From Opitutales bacterium (GTDB lineage: Bacteria; Verrucomicrobiota; Verrucomicrobiia; Opitutales; PNEW01), in the NCBI GenBank assembly GCA_965197745.1, contig CBDANS010000006.1, forward strand, positions 32,001 through 96,000: a stretch of DNA of 64,000 nt. Direction: 5' to 3'. The position numbers and the translations under genes were made by a program. Positions 60,377-64,000 of this stretch are shown here, one piece after another. The notes beneath the pieces are model-generated. The model saw only the letters and a program-made list of their open reading frames with translations. It searched no databases and was not told where the DNA came from. Within the stretch, counting starts at the first letter, position 1; every line of letters begins with the position of its first letter.

Positions 60377-61033
60377 TTACGATTTCTCGATAACCATTTG
60401 TTGATTCATATAAGCTTCAGCGCGTCGCCAACTATTAAGGTCATCGATATCTTCCAATGGTTTGAGAATAGTTACACTGCGGCCCGACGCCTTGATCCGA
60501 TCCAGCGTTTCTCTGAAAACGGATTCTGTGCTCCAGTTGATATCGACAAAAAGTTCTGGCTCGAATTGCTTACCGGCAAGCAAATAGTAACCTCCATCGA
60601 AGGCGGGTCCGATAACAAAATCGTGGTTTATCAGACCCTTGCCAACTTCCTCTAAAACCGATCGATCAATGTAAGGGCAATCCCCTCCCAACAAAACTAA
60701 AGCTTCGGCACCTCGCTCAAACGATTCCCTCCATGCGGACTTGAGACGCTCGCCCAAATCCCCATTCGACTGGGTATAAAAATTATATTGATCGCCCAAC
60801 CACGCGCACACTTGCGATTCAGCACCAGCGGGCGTGTAATATATTTCTACCGGGAATTCTGTGGGGAGCCTGGAGAGAAAGTATTCCACCATTTTACGGT
60901 AAGCATTAAGAGCCTCTTCTTCACCAATACACCGGGCAAGTCTGGTTTTCACGGCAACAGCGTTCGGCACTTTGAGCATAATTATCAAGGTAAGTGCCGC
61001 CGGGGATATTTTATTATTTTTCTTAGAGGGCAT
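60377..61033 (-). CDS. DUF2064/TIGR04282-family glycosyltransferase-like protein
   Basis: VKTRLA, GDLGERL, GGDCP, GPAFDGGYYL, WST and DIDD. Confidence 0.85.
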   Translation of the reverse strand: MPSKKNNKISPAALTLIIMLKVPNAVAVKTRLARCIGEEEALNAYRKMVEYFLSRLPTEFPVEIYYTPAGAESQVCAWLGDQYNFYTQSNGDLGERLKSAWRESFERGAEALVLLGGDCPYIDRSVLEEVGKGLINHDFVIGPAFDGGYYLLAGKQFEPELFVDINWSTESVFRETLDRIKASGRSVTILKPLEDIDDLNSWRRAEAYMNQQMVIEKS

Positions 61034-61053
61034 ACCGCACGTTGATGCTTTTA

Positions 61054-62166
61054 TTATACTGCTTTGCGGTAGAGATAGAGGGCAAAAAATAACATAAAAG
61101 TGTTGGGCAGCCATGCCGCTTGAAAGGGCTCTATTATCTGTCGCTCACCCAAAAGGGTGCAAAAGCTGGCCATAAAGTAATAGGCGAAAAAAAGACCGAA
61201 CGATTTCGATACCCCGACCATTGGATTCACTCTGACTCCCGCTACCGCATAGGGCACGGCAAGACCCAATACAATAAGACAGCTTAATGGATTGGCGAGA
61301 ATACTGTGGTAACGGACAGCATAACCATTTACGCGGGGATCATCATCCGACGAAAGTTTATCAAGTATTCTGGCCAATTGCAAAAATGATAAATCCTTAG
61401 GACGTTTTTCCAACGATTTCATTAATGTGGGATCTTCGGTTAAATAATGCAGGCTCTTCCGTTCGAACGCGACTGAGCGAATCGGTTCACCTAAAGCGGA
61501 ATCAAAGATTGTTTCACGCCCTTTAAGAAATACCCAATTGCCTTCAACATCGTCAAAAAAACCTTCATTTGCCATGAGCCTTGTCATTTCACGCTGATGC
61601 GTATCGAGAATGGAAATAGTTATTCCGTATCCACGGTAAGTGTATTCGCTGAATCTATTCATGAACCAAAGGCGATTATCCTTATGATTATAAAATGTAA
61701 GATTATAAATAAGGCCGACTTTAGATTCATCTTTCTCGGTCAGTTGATCGGCAAAGGCGTAGTTTTCCCAAATCTTGCGCGACTGTTCCACTGACCAGGG
61801 GACAAGTTGCGCATTGAGGTAGAGAAGCAGCAAGGTGGAAATGACACCCATCACCCACAAACTTCGTGTTATCTTATAAAGACTTAACCCACAGGCGCGC
61901 ATCGCTATTATTTCATTATTGCGATGCAGGCTGCCGAGGCTGAAGAGAACGGAGACGAGAAGAGATAACGGTAAAACAGTGGGAAAAAAACTTGGTAAAA
62001 GCACCAGGTAATACCAGCCTACGTTACGTATATCAGCTCCAAACTCGAGCAAGTCTGAGAGGTCGTCGTACATATCCTCCATCAGGAGCAACCCGAGCGT
62101 CACGCCTAGAGCAAGGGCAAAGGTCTTAAACCATTCTATGAGTATGTAACGGTCAAAAGTAGTCAC
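61054..62166 (-). CDS. LptF/LptG family LPS export permease
   Basis: FDRYIL, LPLSLLVS, NNEIIAMRACGLS and AAWLPN; GTG start at 62166 inferred. Confidence 0.9.
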   Translation of the reverse strand: MTTFDRYILIEWFKTFALALGVTLGLLLMEDMYDDLSDLLEFGADIRNVGWYYLVLLPSFFPTVLPLSLLVSVLFSLGSLHRNNEIIAMRACGLSLYKITRSLWVMGVISTLLLLYLNAQLVPWSVEQSRKIWENYAFADQLTEKDESKVGLIYNLTFYNHKDNRLWFMNRFSEYTYRGYGITISILDTHQREMTRLMANEGFFDDVEGNWVFLKGRETIFDSALGEPIRSVAFERKSLHYLTEDPTLMKSLEKRPKDLSFLQLARILDKLSSDDDPRVNGYAVRYHSILANPLSCLIVLGLAVPYAVAGVRVNPMVGVSKSFGLFFAYYFMASFCTLLGERQIIEPFQAAWLPNTFMLFFALYLYRKAV

Positions 62167-62348
62167 GACTGAGTATATCCTAAAATAGGGAATCAAATGT
62201 AAACCCTAAGCGGATTTTTAACACACTAAAATTTACTTTATTACCTTCATGCTCCCGGGAGTGCCGGATTGGGGAATTATTCCTCTATTATTCCAAAATG
62301 ATTTTTTGCTGGCTTCTTTGATCAAGGAAATTTCAAATATCTCATATT

Positions 62349-64000
62349 ATGGGTAATCTGAAGGAAAGTTGGAATTCAAGAATAGGGGTGATTCTTGCCG
62401 TGTCTGGAAGCGCCGTTGGTCTGGGGAATTTTCTCCGTTTCCCCGGTCAGGCAGCACAGTACGGCGGTGGCGCCTTCATGCTCGCTTACCTGATTTCTTT
62501 TCTCATTATCGGTCTGCCCATTTGCTGGGCGGAGTGGACAATGGGTAGATATGGTGGACAGCGCGGGTTTAATTCCGCCCCCGGTATTCTGAATGCCATA
62601 TGGCGTCATCCGGCCGCAAAATATTTAGGCATTATCGGAGTCATTATTCCAATAATAATTTATATGTATTATGTTTATATCGAAGCCTGGTGCCTGGGCT
62701 ACGCCGTAAATTTTATCGTTGGGAATATGGAATTTGATGCGGTTGAAGAAGTCGGAGAATTCTGGGGAAACTTTATCGGAATTGAGGCGAATGGGGGCGC
62801 TTTCGGATTTAGCATTCGCCATGTCGGCATCTACCTTCTCTTCGTTTTTATTCTTAATTTTTTTCTTATTTATCGTGGGATCGCCAAGGGCATAGAACTC
62901 TTTTGCAAATATGCCATGCCGACCCTCTTAATTCTCGCCCTCATTGTTCTTGTCCGCGTCTTGACCCTTGGAGCGCCGGACAGTGAGCACCCTGAAAACA
63001 ATGTCGCCAATGGCCTTGGCTTTATGTGGAACCCGAATAAAATTATTCTCCAGGAAAAATCGATTGCTCCCCATGGTGGTGAAATCGTCTGGGTCGATAA
63101 AGAAGAGTTGGTGGGTGAAAAGGTCATCGAAGCGGCAAGAGCTGAAATTATTGAAAACCCCGATCATCGTATCTACAATCGCACGGTTGGAGAACAACTT
63201 CTGAACCCTCAGGTGTGGTTAGCCGCGGCCGGCCAGATCTTCTTTTCACTCTCTGTTGGTTTCGGTATTATTTTGACCTACGCCAGTTACCTGTCGCGAA
63301 AGGATGATATCGTCTTGAGCGGCTTATCGGCAACCAGCACCAATGAATTTTGTGAAGTTGCCCTGGGGGGGCTTATCACCGTTCCCGCAGGATTCGCCTT
63401 CCTCGGCGTAGTTGGCGTTGCTGGCAAAGGCACTTTTGGCCTGGGCTTTAACGTCCTCCCCATGGTTTTTTCTGCTATGCCCTTTGGCGCTTTCTTTGGA
63501 TTTCTTTTCTTTTTTTTATTATTTCTCGCGGCCGTTACCAGTTCGATCTCAATGCTTCAGCCGGGCATCGCTTTCCTCGAGGAAACGCTCAACATAAACC
63601 GCAAGCAATCGGTTGCTTTGCTGGGTCTGATTACGGCCATGGGCTGCCTTTTCGTTGTTTATTTCAGTGAAAATGTAAAGGCTCTCGATACCATGGACTT
63701 TTGGGTCGGCACCTTTCTTATCTTCATTCTTGCCACCATACAGATTATAATATTCGGCTGGGCTATGGGATTGGATAAAGGATTTTCCGAAGCCCACCAG
63801 GGCGCCGCCTTTCCTATTCCCGCCTTTTTTAAAATCATTATGAAATATATCTGTCCTCTTTTTCTCCTCACTATTTTCGTTCTATGGATTCTCGTTAATA
63901 TAGTCGGTCTTGATTTCGCAACTGGCCAAAGCAATGTCCCCACTTATGTTTCCGACCTCTTTGGCGAAAATAAATCCGTGGTGGCGTGGATGAGTGTGGG
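62349..64000 (+). CDS. Sodium-dependent NSS/SNF transporter (LeuT-like), 3'-truncated; absent from the ORF track
   Basis: MGNLKESWNSRIGVILAVSGSAVGLGNFLRFP..GGGAF, GQIFFSLSVGFG, NEF and AAVTSSISM. Confidence 0.93.
   Translation, partial: MGNLKESWNSRIGVILAVSGSAVGLGNFLRFPGQAAQYGGGAFMLAYLISFLIIGLPICWAEWTMGRYGGQRGFNSAPGILNAIWRHPAAKYLGIIGVIIPIIIYMYYVYIEAWCLGYAVNFIVGNMEFDAVEEVGEFWGNFIGIEANGGAFGFSIRHVGIYLLFVFILNFFLIYRGIAKGIELFCKYAMPTLLILALIVLVRVLTLGAPDSEHPENNVANGLGFMWNPNKIILQEKSIAPHGGEIVWVDKEELVGEKVIEAARAEIIENPDHRIYNRTVGEQLLNPQVWLAAAGQIFFSLSVGFGIILTYASYLSRKDDIVLSGLSATSTNEFCEVALGGLITVPAGFAFLGVVGVAGKGTFGLGFNVLPMVFSAMPFGAFFGFLFFFLLFLAAVTSSISMLQPGIAFLEETLNINRKQSVALLGLITAMGCLFVVYFSENVKALDTMDFWVGTFLIFILATIQIIIFGWAMGLDKGFSEAHQGAAFPIPAFFKIIMKYICPLFLLTIFVLWILVNIVGLDFATGQSNVPTYVSDLFGENKSVVAWMSV

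Noticed and set aside
60377..61033. Arsenosugar biosynthesis cluster
   Set aside because: The partner radical SAM, methyltransferase and second glycosyltransferase genes are not adjacent
62376..63943. Short ORFs listed at the window end
   Set aside because: Shadows of the NSS transporter that runs off the edge
1..64000. Prophage, IS elements, integrases, defence systems, tRNA/rRNA
   Set aside because: No supporting motifs seen; polX, dUTPase and the NYN gene sit in ordinary chromosomal context

Overview
Gene-dense chromosomal window of a Gram-negative bacterium, probably Verrucomicrobiota/Opitutales (inferred from a PilX-like/Verru_Chthon-A-type gene, a DUF2851 gene and the overall gene set). 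Housekeeping genes include ilvB (5'-truncated), glnA with a canonical sigma-54 promoter, rpmF-plsX-fabH-bamD-lptE-rpe, msrPQ, rbsK, phoX, smc, cinA, uvrC, polX, murA, ruvB, folE2 and an LptF/G permease. A LeuT-like NSS transporter runs off the 3' end; it and rpmF are missing from the ORF track. I found no tRNA, rRNA, CRISPR array or mobile element. The most interesting candidates are: (1) a DtxR/MntR gene divergent from an OprB porin + two-domain multicopper oxidase + ZIP permease + cupredoxin operon, a possible redox-coupled metal uptake system; (2) a CxxC/Pro-tailed DUF2946-like leader ORF plus a multi-hairpin spacer upstream of a His-rich outer-membrane barrel, a possible metal-sensing ribosome-arrest switch; (3) a Wzy_C-TPR/FecR-(GD)16/PilX-like surface cluster whose FecR gene carries a single in-frame TAG; (4) a nitrilase/class-III aminotransferase/tandem PhyH catabolic cluster. 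Several core proteins also appear in metal-sparing or remodelled forms. All family calls come from motif recognition by eye, not database searches.
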